Shown here: positions 53,034 to 64,000 of the stretch, piece by piece | How positions within the stretch are numbered: position 1 is the first letter of the stretch | Layout: each line of letters starts with the position of its first letter | Assembly (NCBI GenBank): GCA_963724345.1 | Contig: CAVRUI010000003.1 | Coordinates: forward strand, 1,977,449 to 2,041,448 | Reading direction: 5' to 3' | DNA length: 64,000 nt | Source of the DNA: an uncultured Chloroflexia bacterium | Lineage (GTDB): Bacteria; Chloroflexota; Anaerolineae; Anaerolineales; RBG-16-64-43 | Position numbers and translations under genes: made by a program | The notes under the pieces: generated by a model | What the model saw: only the letters and a program-made list of their open reading frames with translations | The model's database searches: none | What the model was told of the DNA's origin: nothing

Positions 53034-53702
53034 TCATACCGCGTCCGAGAGATAAATGTAATCGAGGATGGCCGATCCGGATTTCCGGGGGTAGAGGACG
53101 ATCGAGAGCCGGACGACGTTCTTCCGGTCCGCGATGAACGAGCGGAACTCCCAGTTGGTGGCGGCGGTCTTGTAGTTGCCGGCGGTGATGTCGAAGGAGA
53201 GCGTGATCTTCCTCCCCTGCTCAACCGGAACGGTATCGGATTCGTGCCAGACTGCGCCCGCGCCGGTGGTAAGGGCGAACCCCACCCCATCGATCGTTCC
53301 CTCATGATAAATATCGAACCGGACGGTGCGGCCGCCGCTCAGATCCATCGGCTTTTCGATGTAGAAAACCGCCTTGAGTTTGCCGTTCTTCTCAAAGTGG
53401 AGGGCCAGGGCGCGGATGCCGTGGGCGGCGTGGTCGGGAGTGAGGGCGACGCTTGCGGCGCTGCTGTCGGTGCATTCCGGATCGATGCAGACCGTCCAAG
53501 CCGTCTCGTCCGACTCAAAATCGTCAATGAGGAGGACCACCTGCGGCGCGGTGGAAGGAGTCATGGTGGGAAGCTTCACCCGGGCCGCGGCTTTCGCCGG
53601 TGTCGTGTCGGGAGTGGCGGCCGGCATGGTTTTGGGCGTTGCGGCCGCGCAGCCGGCGGCCAGGATAAGGGCGAAGGGGACAAGGGCTTGGGCGATACGC
53701 AT
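53034..53702 (-). CDS. hypothetical lipoprotein with a beta-rich extracytoplasmic domain
   Basis: MRIAQALVPFALILAAGC lipobox and an Ala/Pro/Thr linker, then a globular domain with no recognised family. Confidence 0.5.
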   Translation of the reverse strand: MRIAQALVPFALILAAGCAAATPKTMPAATPDTTPAKAAARVKLPTMTPSTAPQVVLLIDDFESDETAWTVCIDPECTDSSAASVALTPDHAAHGIRALALHFEKNGKLKAVFYIEKPMDLSGGRTVRFDIYHEGTIDGVGFALTTGAGAVWHESDTVPVEQGRKITLSFDITAGNYKTAATNWEFRSFIADRKNVVRLSIVLYPRKSGSAILDYIYLSDAV

Positions 53703-53966
53703 TCGAGACTCCCAATCGGTTTTTATAATCGGCATCATCCCTCCACGGAGGTTATCCTATCCCTTTTTAAAACAACTCGCAACCGCGGGCGCCCCTTCGC
53801 CTTTCCAGATGATGCCCATCATCCCGCCGGGGGAAAGGCTTTGGTGGAGCGAAGAATCCACGGAGGTCGTCCGTGGATTCCTGTAGCCGGTTCAATTCAA
53901 ATTATATGAAATATTTTTTTACGATGTGCGGTACTTAATGCGGCCCTGTATCACCTGTGGATCGGA

Positions 53967-54179
53967 TCAACCGCAGCAGCCGGCAGCCGATCGCGTGGAT
54001 GCTTCCCGTGCATCCTTGTTGCCGCGGCCTTCCGGTTCGGCCGCTTTCCCCTTCTCCGGGGTTTTTATCTCCGCGGCGGTGGTTTCACCGGAGCAGGTAC
54101 AGGAACCGGGTTCGCCCTCGGGGAAACCGAACAGGCCGCGAAAAAATCGAAGCAGCGGATTTTGAGATGGACTTGCCAT
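53967..54179 (-). CDS. small Cys-rich peptide (70 aa) encoded immediately downstream of the DUF318 permease
   Basis: Strong RBS (GAAGGAGAAAAA-ATG). Sequence MASPSQNPLLRFFRGLFGFPEGEPGSCTCSGE...AAGCCG. Cys residues occur only as a CxC and a terminal CC pair. Confidence 0.45.
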   Translation of the reverse strand: MASPSQNPLLRFFRGLFGFPEGEPGSCTCSGETTAAEIKTPEKGKAAEPEGRGNKDAREASTRSAAGCCG

Positions 54180-54277
54180 TTTTTCTCCTTCTTCGAATGA
54201 TCTTGATCCGGTCTCTCGCATGGACCGGTAGGCCCGCAGGGTTGACCATGAAATCATGGCAGGACTTTGCGGCGTAT

Positions 54278-55210
54278 TCATAATCCCACTCCCGTCAGCA
54301 GGTTGAAGGCAAATCCCGAAATCACCGCCCCAACCCACAGGGTGCCGATCACCAGTCCGACAACGCGCCAGCGGGCGATCGTCAGCAGGCCGGCCAGCGC
54401 GCCCAGCGAAGTGCCCGCGCCGGTGATCAAAAACGCCAGCGCCGCTCCCTGACTCATCCCCGTATCCAGCATGGCGCGCACCAAAGGCAGCGAGGCCTCC
54501 GAGTTGATGTAGAAGGGAATGCCAAACGTCGCCGCGAGCGGGACGCCGTATATCTGCCCCCCGCCGAAAACCGCCGTGACCCATTCCTGCGGGATCAGGC
54601 CGTTGAGTAAGAAACCGACAAAGGCGAAGGTGAAGAAGAAAAAGAGAAGTTGCGATCCCATGCGGACGGTTTCGATCCCAAGTTGCCGCACCGTCATCCG
54701 GCGCGCAGGCTGATCCGTAACGGGAGCCGGCGAGGGTGCCGCGGCGGCGGACGCGGGCTGGAACCGCGTCTGGTTCCTCAGCCATCCCCGCGACTCCATA
54801 ACGTAGGCGGCCAATCCGCCCAGCAGCCCGAGCGCGATGGAGGCGATGAAGAAGGCCCAGGCGAAAGGCCAGCCGAACAAACCGGCGCTGTAGATCAATC
54901 CTTCGGGCGAGGTGAGCGGCGAGGCGACCATGAAGGCCACGATCGGCGCCCACGGCATGCTGCCCGCCATCATCCCAAGCACCACCGCGGTGGTGCCGCA
55001 CGAACACAGCGGCGTGGTCACGGCGACGGCCGTCGACGCCAGCACGCCCGCCCGCCGGTAGCGCATCAGGAAGGCGGCGGCTTTCTTCTGGTCCAGCACC
55101 AGCTTGAGGACCACGCCCACCACCACGCTTATCACCAGGAACGGCCAGTTGTGGGTGAACGACAGCCAGACCTTGCTCAATGAATTGAAGATCAGGTTTA
55201 CGAAAAACAT
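54278..55210 (-). CDS. DUF318/ArsP-like permease
   Basis: TPLCSCG motif in TM helix 3, typical of the ArsP/DUF318 family. Eight TM helices. AAAGAGGTG RBS. Confidence 0.7.
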   Translation of the reverse strand: MFFVNLIFNSLSKVWLSFTHNWPFLVISVVVGVVLKLVLDQKKAAAFLMRYRRAGVLASTAVAVTTPLCSCGTTAVVLGMMAGSMPWAPIVAFMVASPLTSPEGLIYSAGLFGWPFAWAFFIASIALGLLGGLAAYVMESRGWLRNQTRFQPASAAAAPSPAPVTDQPARRMTVRQLGIETVRMGSQLLFFFFTFAFVGFLLNGLIPQEWVTAVFGGGQIYGVPLAATFGIPFYINSEASLPLVRAMLDTGMSQGAALAFLITGAGTSLGALAGLLTIARWRVVGLVIGTLWVGAVISGFAFNLLTGVGL

Positions 55211-55232
55211 GGCCCAGCACCTCTTTCATATA

Positions 55233-55349
55233 GATGATTGTCTATGTTTCAGCCTAAAAAAGGGGCCCCATGGCACTGCCGGGGCCTGACCGGCTGTTTC
55301 ATATAGACATGCTTCTATATGTTATTATATAGACAATCTTCTATATGTC
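55233..55349. promoter_or_regulatory. three tandem 8-6-8 palindromic operator-like sites upstream of the permease
   Basis: CATAGA-TGATTG-TCTATG (55233-55252). CATATAGA-CATGCT-TCTATATG (55300-55321). TATATAGA-CAATCT-TCTATAT (55328-55349). They lie in an AT-rich promoter island. Confidence 0.5.
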
Positions 55350-55479
55350 AAGGGGTTTTTTCGAACCCCGCCCCGCCAACCATACCGGACGGATCACCTT
55401 TTTCTCCATGGGGAAACACAGTAACAGTGTTTTTTTGTAATTACCGAAAAAATAATAAAACAGAGCGAAGAGAAAAACG

Positions 55480-56055
55480 TCAATCCGGCGGATTGAGGGT
55501 CTCCTTCGAACCAACATCCTGCGTCCCGGAAATTACCGACTTCATGTATTGGACGCCCCGCTCATCCAGCGTGTATCGTGTGGCGATTCCCCTGCGCCTG
55601 GCTTTATCCTCCAGAACATACCGGGAAGCGGGAGAACGAACCAGCGCGCGCAATGCGGCTTGGCGCGAAACCCGCACCCGCGCGCCCAATTCAGCGGTCA
55701 CTCTGCTTATTTCGATGGTCGTGATCCCAAAGGCATTTCCCATGTATTCATGGATGACGTAGAGGGGCAGCAGAACCCGGTTGCCTTCATGGGATTTTTC
55801 CAGGATATTCTTTTCGATGTCTTCGGCATCCGGGCAGGATTTAATCTGATTGACGATATGGGCTATCCTGGAAGGGGATATTTTCTTTACGGCCGAGGGT
55901 TTCTTATGGATGGTTTTGGCGGGACGCGTCCGCCCTGCCCGCATCTCCTGTTCCGCCTTTCCCCCATAAAACTCAAGCAGCCTCCGCACTTCCGCAGACG
56001 TTCCATCGATAGTTACCGCAGTTCCGTTGGGGAGTGTGAACGAAGCCTTGGGCAT
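55480..56055 (-). CDS. hypothetical protein (191 aa) with a possible C-terminal winged-helix-like domain. Candidate regulator.
   Basis: Strong RBS GGAGGCAAATACC-ATG. No recognisable family. A basic linker then a helix-rich C-terminus (ITTIEISRVTAELGARVRVSRQAALRAL). Confidence 0.45.
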   Translation of the reverse strand: MPKASFTLPNGTAVTIDGTSAEVRRLLEFYGGKAEQEMRAGRTRPAKTIHKKPSAVKKISPSRIAHIVNQIKSCPDAEDIEKNILEKSHEGNRVLLPLYVIHEYMGNAFGITTIEISRVTAELGARVRVSRQAALRALVRSPASRYVLEDKARRRGIATRYTLDERGVQYMKSVISGTQDVGSKETLNPPD

Positions 56056-56191
56056 GGTATTTGCCTCCTTACTGGACCGCCAAGCCTGCGCCAATCCACC
56101 GGATTGGAAGCCGCAACGATAAGCGTTTCGCCGACGGTTTCATTTTACTCAAAGATCAGCGAAGAGGGAAACACAAACCGAGCCCAGCAGA

Positions 56192-56683
56192 TCAATCATC
56201 GCGATACTCGATCTGTTCCTCCTGGATCATCCGTTTGCGGTAATCGTCATACGTCGGCACGAGCCGGTCGTATTCGCCGTCCATCAGCGGCGAGGAAATC
56301 ATGAAATCGGCGGACGCCCGGTTGCAGGCGATCGGGATGTTCCAAACCACCGCCATCCGCAGGAGCGCCTTGACGTCCGGATCGTGCGCCAATTGCTCGA
56401 GGGGATCCCAGAAAAATATCAGAAAGTCGATCTCCCCGTCGACGATCTTCGCCCCGATCTGCTGGTCTCCGCCCAGGGGTCCGCTTTGGAGTTTGGTGAT
56501 CGGAAATTTCAGCTCCCGCTCCAGGACCATCCCGGTCGTGCCGGTGGCGTAGATTTTATGGTGGGCGAGCAGATCGCGGTTGTACTTCGCCCATTCGACC
56601 AGGTCGCGCTTCTTGTTGTCGTGGGCAACCAGGGCGATCTTTTTATCGTGTTCCATGGCGATGCGTTTGTGGGTTTTTTCCAT
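56192..56683 (-). CDS. mgsA: methylglyoxal synthase
   Basis: HDKKIALVAHDNKK...IYATGTTG... matches the MGS fold. AAGGGAGAG RBS at the MEKTHK start. Confidence 0.85.
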   Translation of the reverse strand: MEKTHKRIAMEHDKKIALVAHDNKKRDLVEWAKYNRDLLAHHKIYATGTTGMVLERELKFPITKLQSGPLGGDQQIGAKIVDGEIDFLIFFWDPLEQLAHDPDVKALLRMAVVWNIPIACNRASADFMISSPLMDGEYDRLVPTYDDYRKRMIQEEQIEYRDD

Positions 56684-56781
56684 GCTATCTCTCCCTTGGG
56701 ATACGCCGCTTCGAGTGGCCTTCATTATAGTAGGGTGGGCCCGTCCCTGCTTGCCGTTTTATGGGGGCGTACCCGCCGCGA

Positions 56782-56810
56782 TTGACGCCTCCCGGCTTCG
56801 CCCTTATAAT
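56782..56810 (+). promoter_or_regulatory. consensus sigma-70-type promoter (TTGACG-17-TATAAT) driving the valS leader
   Basis: -35 TTGACG at 56782-56787, a 17-bp spacer, and -10 TATAAT at 56805-56810. Confidence 0.6.
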
Positions 56811-56816
56811 CCCGTC

Positions 56817-57071
56817 CTGCAGCAATCGCCGCGAAGAGTAAGCGGACCCGGGATGCCAGAGAAGGGCGGCCGCAGGTTGAAAGCCCCCGCTTCCCAAATC
56901 CGCCGAACGTCGCGCGGCGTACCGCCGAAGAACTCCCCGATCGGGGACTTTAGACCGGCGCGGTCCGCACCGTTAGCGCGGCAAGCGCGCCCCCGCACCC
57001 GCGGGGGCAAATCGAGGTGGCACCACGGAGGCACTCAGCCCTTCGCCCTCAGTCGGCGGAGGGCTTTTTTA
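56817..57071 (+). ncRNA. probable T-box riboswitch leader (Val-specific) of valS
   Basis: The T-box-like sequence AGGTGGCACCACGG (57015-57028) lies immediately 5' of an 11-bp-stem terminator (57037-57065) plus T6. The approximately 250-nt structured GC-rich leader follows a perfect promoter. aaRS context. Confidence 0.5.
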
Positions 57072-57096
57072 ATTCTTACCCTTCCCCCTCTCCCTT

Positions 57097-57134
57097 CCCT
57101 CTCCCCCCCTCCCATAATGGGAGGGGGGAGAGGG
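57097..57134. repeat. C-rich/G-rich perfect hairpin (H3) inside the valS 5' UTR
   Basis: ccctctccccccctccca-taat-tgggaggggggagaggg, preceded by a longer polypyrimidine tract. Confidence 0.75.
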
Positions 57135-57205
57135 TGGCCGATGCCCCGGCGGTCTTCTGGGGCAAAGGCCGGGTGAGGGGGAAGGGTCAGCAGAGGATTA
57201 CTCGC

Positions 57206-59954
<2,749 letters not shown>

Positions 59955-59958
<4 letters not shown>

Positions 59959-61184
59959 CCGGACCGATCCTGTTTGAGATCACCGCCGCCGATTCGCACC
60001 AGCAGATCATCCTGCCGGTGATCCGCTCCTTGAAAGCCCGCGGCATCCCGGTGATCGTGTATACGGACTGCGAATTGCTGCGCACCGCAAGCGATACCGA
60101 GGCGCTGGCGCGCGAGGGAATTCCTTTCGTGCGCATGGCCGCAGCCCCCCTGCCCGTCCCCACCCGCGAATGGGAGAAGGCGGCGCACCCATTCCGCAAA
60201 CGGATCCCCGCCGAACTCGACAGAGTCCACCCCTCGCTGGTCGTCGTTCTCAACGACCGCAATTTCCCGCCGATCGCGTATGTGGAGGAGGCCCGCCGCC
60301 GGCGGATCCCGACTCTCCTGATTCAGGAAAGCCTGCGCAAGGATCTTTTCCAGCGGCCGCCGGCGGGGAAATTGTTCGGGCGCTGGATCCGGAAGGTCCG
60401 CTTCGGTATCGAAGAAGGTTTGCGCAGTTTCGGCCAGGGCGGGTGCGATTGCATCGCCGCCTGGGGCGAAACCTCGCGGGAGTATTTCCTGCGGGTGGGC
60501 GTTCCGCCAAGCCGGATTGTCATCACCGGCAACCCGCGCTTCGACCAGCTGGCCAGCGCCAATTCTTCAGACGATGCCCGGCGCCTCCGAGCCGACCTCG
60601 GGTATGCTCCGGCCGATTTTTTATTGACATTCCTCAGCAGCCCGATCGAGCGGATGCAGATTGTTTCGAAGGCGGAAAAGCTCGGCGCGCTGGAGCAATT
60701 GCTCGGATGGGTGAACGCCCTGCGCGCGGATGCGGAATGGAAACAGCTCAAGCTGGTGATTAAACTCCACCGCAGCGAGGATCCCGCTCCCGTGCAGGCC
60801 ATTCTCGAAAAAAGGCGCACCGCCGGATGGGCGCGCATCGTCGATCCGCCGTTGTATCCCTTGCTGCGCGCTTCCCAGGCCGCGCTGATGTTCAGTACGA
60901 CCGCCGGGATCGAAGCCGCGCTGCTTTCCGTCCCGATCGGGATCCTCGAACTCGCCAAACCGCTCGACGACTGGGATCTTGTCGGGCGGAACGTGGCGGA
61001 GGGCATCCGGGAACAATCCGGCCTATCCGCATTCCTGCGCAAGGCGCGCGAGGATAAAGGATTGGGTGCGCGCGGGTCGAAGGCCGCGTCGCAGTTCCTG
61101 GCCAATTTCGGATGCGCCACGGAAGCGGCGGCGGATTTGATCGCGCGCATGGCGGGATACGCCGGTCCGGAGAATGTGCGATGA
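59955..61184 (+). CDS. GT-B-fold surface-carbohydrate biosynthesis protein (epimerase/glycosyltransferase-like). Family assignment tentative.
   Basis: ATGA overlap with the valS stop. 409 aa with two Rossmann-like halves. No catalytic motif identified by eye. Confidence 0.5.
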
Positions 61185-62243
61185 GCCGCCGCGAACTGCT
61201 CCTGCGCGCCAATCCGGAATACCTTGCCGCAATCGAGAATTCGTACGCGCGCGCCGCATCCGCCGCCGCGGGCGACGACCCGGCGATCAGCCCGTACTGG
61301 AAACTGCACCGCTCGCTGGCCGGATTCGAAATCCTCGACCGCTGCAACGGGACGGTCCGCATCCACGGCGAAAGCGGCTTTTATTTTCCGGGCCGCTCCT
61401 ATTCTTCCATGGAATGGATCAACACACTCGACCGCCTGTTGTGGCTGGCATTTTCCGGATGGCGTCGCAGCCAGGCGCCGGCCGAACCGAAGGCGCTGGC
61501 CGTTTTCCATTCCGCGCGGGCGCAAGAATTACACGCGGTTCGGATACCCCTTCGGCGCGCGGCGCACCGCCTATGACTTCCTGCGGGCGCAGTACCACCT
61601 GGCCTGTATAGCGCCCCATCTGCCGGAGGAGATCCGCGCCGGCACGCGGCGGCTGCACTCGATCGAGATCGGGCCCGGCACCGGGCTGTGCGCGCTGGCC
61701 GTAAAACTCCTGATTCCGAACTCGACGCTTGTCCTGGTGGATCTGCCGGAGACCCTCGCCTTCAGTTCGGTTTTCCTCACCACGGTCCTTCCGGAATGCC
61801 GATTCCTGTTCCTGGACGGTTTTACGCGCGAGGAAAAAACCTGGCCGGAGTACGACTTCGTCCTGCTCCCGCCGGAGACCGCCCGCCGGCTTCCTTCCGC
61901 CTCGTTCGACCTTGCGCTGAACACCGATTCGATGCAGGAGATGGAACCCGCCTCCATCCGGGAATATTTCTCGCTTCTGCGCCGCCTGCTGCGGCCGCCG
62001 GCGCTGTTCTATTCGAGCAACCGGATGGAGAAATGGATCGGATCGGGCACCACCCGCCTGGCCGATTACCCGTACGCCAGCGGCGACCGCGACCTGTTCT
62101 CGCGCGAGAATGCTTTCATGCACCACCGCTGGATCTGGAAGAAATTCCACTACCGCATCCCCTACCCATGGCGCGAGCCGCGCCGCGGCGGAGAGGTGAT
62201 GATTCAAAAGTTGACGGTTCTTAAGACCGTGGAAGAAAAATAG
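61181..62243 (+). CDS. putative sugar O-methyltransferase (class I SAM MTase). Apparent frameshift near 61500-61560.
   Basis: ATGA overlap with the upstream gene. SAM-binding block IEIGPGTGL...VLVDLPE in the second ORF. The N-terminal 115 aa are in another frame. Confidence 0.55.
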
Positions 62244-62313
62244 ACAGGATTTACAGGATTACTCAGGATTTCTAAGGATTTGTTGCGAAAGAAATCCTCC
62301 CCCGTTTGCGTTG

Positions 62314-62697
62314 CCATCCCATCTTCCCTAACTCCTCTTCCCTTCCTATAGTCGCGATCGTAGATAGAACTCGGATTCTGTCGTGAAGAACCATCCCATC
62401 CCACCTCCCCTAACCCCTCCTCCCTTCCTATAGTCGCGATCGTAGATAGGACTCGGATTCTGTCGTGAAGAACCATCCCATCCCACCTCCCCTAACCCCT
62501 CCTCCCTTCCTATAGTCGCGATCGTAGATAGAACTCGGATTCTGTCGTGAAGAACCATCCCATCCCACCTCCCCTAACCCCTCCTCCCTTCCTATAGTCG
62601 CGATCGTAGATAGGAACTCGGATTCTGTCGTGAAGAACCATCCCATCCCACCTCCCCTAACCCCTCCTCCCTTCCCGTAATACGGGAAGGGAGGAGG
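62314..62697. repeat. 82-bp tandem repeat array (4 full units plus a partial unit) ending in nested hairpins
   Basis: Unit = ccatcccatcccacctcccctaacccctcctcccttcc + tatagtcgcgatcgtagatag(g)a(a)ctcggattctgtcgtgaagaa. Units start at 62314, 62391, 62473, 62555 and 62638. Terminal hairpin cctcctcccttcccg-taata-cgggaagggaggagg (62663-62697). Confidence 0.9.
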
Positions 62698-62777
62698 GGA
62701 ACGTCCCTCGCACAGCGAGGGACAAGGGGAGGTAGGATAGGATGGTAAAATTATGATATTCAAACCAAGGGGGAAAA

Positions 62778-63164
62778 ATGAAACGCAGAACAGCGTACGG
62801 CGATTCGCACATTAAATTCCGCCAAGCCAGACAATTCCGTCAGGAGATGACCCCATCCGAAGCGCTCTTGTGGTCTCGTCTTCGAGGTAATCGGCTGCTG
62901 GGTTTACATTTCCGTCGGCAGCATGTAATAAGGGGATTTATCGTCGATTTCTATTGTCACGAAGCCAGGCTGGTGGTGGAGATTGATGGAAGTGTTCATA
63001 AAACGCAAGTTGATATCGATAAGTTTCGTGATGCAGTATTGATAGCAAACGGATTGTTCGTTTTTCATATTAATGCCGCAGAGGTTGAAAGAAATCCTGA
63101 AGAGGTAAGAAAGATAATCGAGGAAAAATGCCGTGAACGAGTTACAAAGGTGCCAATGGGCTAA
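62778..63164 (+). CDS. DUF559 (Vsr/MutH-like endonuclease fold) domain protein
   Basis: …EALLWSRLR…FRRQHVIRGFIVDFYCHEARLVVEIDGSVH… is the DUF559 signature. AAGGGGGA RBS. AT-rich relative to the window. Confidence 0.8.
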   Translation: MKRRTAYGDSHIKFRQARQFRQEMTPSEALLWSRLRGNRLLGLHFRRQHVIRGFIVDFYCHEARLVVEIDGSVHKTQVDIDKFRDAVLIANGLFVFHINAAEVERNPEEVRKIIEEKCRERVTKVPMG

Positions 63165-63206
63165 ATTTGACTTAACAGAGTAAACCAAATTACTCTTCCA
63201 CCGCCT

Positions 63207-63401
63207 TCACCATCCCGGCGTCCGGTTTTTTCCCAACGCTCGTATCCTGCGCCTTTGACAAATTGCCAGGATCGCCATTCCCAGCGTCAATAACGGCCAG
63301 AGGATGACGAAAATCCACACGTTGATTTCCTTGTACGTTAATCCGGTCCATCCGGCAAGCGTAAGCAGGATTTGCACGCAGGCGTCAAATATGGCATCCA
63401 T
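63207..63401 (-). CDS. hypothetical small membrane protein (two TM helices)
   Basis: 64-aa hydrophobic ORF. Its start overlaps the stop of the upstream membrane-protein gene. Confidence 0.35.
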   Translation of the reverse strand: MDAIFDACVQILLTLAGWTGLTYKEINVWIFVILWPLLTLGMAILAICQRRRIRALGKNRTPGW

Positions 63402-64000
63402 TACCGGGTCATTCCTCCTTTGCGATTAATCCAAGTGAATCGTCGCGCCATATCAAGGACCGGAACGGCCATCAACCCGAACCCGATCAGGAAAATAGGC
63501 CAATTGAATTGCGCCGGGAGTACGCCCCACGCGCGGTCCAACCCGCGTCCGGACGAGCGGATGGCATCCGCCATGAATGCAAAGAGGATCAACCCCATCC
63601 CCGGCAGTACTGGAAGCCACATCCAGCCCGAGAGGCAGGCCGGCCGTTCCCGGCGTTCCAGAAGGATAATCAACAGACTGCCGGCGATTAAAAGGGCCGA
63701 AATGGAAACCGGTGCGATCACCGGCCCCCACCATGGGTACGGAATTAGGAAAAGGATGTCCCAATCCAGAAGCGATGCGGGCCACCCGGTAAGCGGCACG
63801 AGGAACACATAATAGAAGATATCCCATACTCCGAAGGCGAAGGCGCCGTAGGCAAGCCGGGTCCGCAGGTTCGTCCCGGCCAGCCAGCCGACCGCCAACA
63901 GCATGACCAGCGTCGCCGCCTCGCGGATGATCTCCGCCCCGCCCAGGCCGCCGAAGTGCGGCAGGGGATCCGCCTGATACGGCTGCAGCCGGTCCACCAG
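63401..64000 (-). CDS. hypothetical polytopic membrane protein (partial; the N-terminus may lie beyond the window end)
   Basis: At least six TM helices. No motif recognised. Confidence 0.4.
   Translation of the reverse strand: MVDRLQPYQADPLPHFGGLGGAEIIREAATLVMLLAVGWLAGTNLRTRLAYGAFAFGVWDIFYYVFLVPLTGWPASLLDWDILFLIPYPWWGPVIAPVSISALLIAGSLLIILLERRERPACLSGWMWLPVLPGMGLILFAFMADAIRSSGRGLDRAWGVLPAQFNWPIFLIGFGLMAVPVLDMARRFTWINRKGGMTR

Noticed and set aside
62314-62697. CRISPR array interpretation of the tandem repeats
   Set aside because: The entire 82-bp unit, including what would be the spacer, is repeated almost identically. There are no unique spacers and no cas genes within reach, so it is a plain tandem repeat.

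Overview
This is a high-GC (about 62-64%) bacterial chromosomal segment that is almost fully coding. By coordinate it contains the following.

1. A folate cofactor operon (SDR/FolM-like reductase, folB, folK, folE) followed by tRNA-Lys(UUU) and tRNA-Met(CAU).
2. A secreted SGNH/GDSL hydrolase lipoprotein and an 829-aa P-type Ca2+/cation ATPase.
3. An approximately 22-kb, almost entirely leftward-transcribed cell-surface glycan assembly locus (8.7-31 kb). Its genes are: an LCP ligase, a CPBP protease-like membrane protein, an NPP/alkaline-phosphatase-family enzyme, a Wzx flippase, a nucleotidyltransferase, a polymerase-like polytopic membrane protein, three GT4 and two GT2 glycosyltransferases, a DUF362 protein, three methyltransferases (one class I, two FkbM), a NodU/CmcH carbamoyltransferase, a HAD phosphatase and a GNAT acyltransferase.
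4. A flotillin (SPFH) gene, tRNA-Val(CAC), a UbiA prenyltransferase and a GYD protein.
5. A xylose/xylo-oligosaccharide utilisation regulon: xylB, a GH3 beta-glycosidase, xylA, xylFGH, a GH8 lipoprotein, a second sugar ABC transporter and a LacI regulator.
6. A DJ-1/PfpI Tat-exported protein, an ICMT-family methyltransferase, a lipoprotein and a DUF318/ArsP-like permease with a tiny Cys-rich downstream ORF, plus methylglyoxal synthase.
7. A T-box-regulated valS operon co-transcribed with a surface-carbohydrate biosynthesis protein and a sugar O-methyltransferase.
8. An 82-bp tandem repeat array beside an AT-rich DUF559 endonuclease-domain gene.

Three window-wide observations stand out. At least 17 genes, including valS (twice) and xylG, carry apparent single-base frameshifts at homopolymer runs. 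These look like assembly indel errors rather than true pseudogenes. There is a dispersed family of long perfect hairpins with polypyrimidine/polypurine arms that could form G-quadruplex or i-motif structures. There is also a pair of duplicated leader-plus-small-ORF units flanking the permease region. No CRISPR array, integrase, transposase or recognisable defence system is visible. The most system-like novelties are the carbamoylated and multiply methylated glycan locus, the permease/small-Cys-peptide/operator module, and the repeat/hairpin families.
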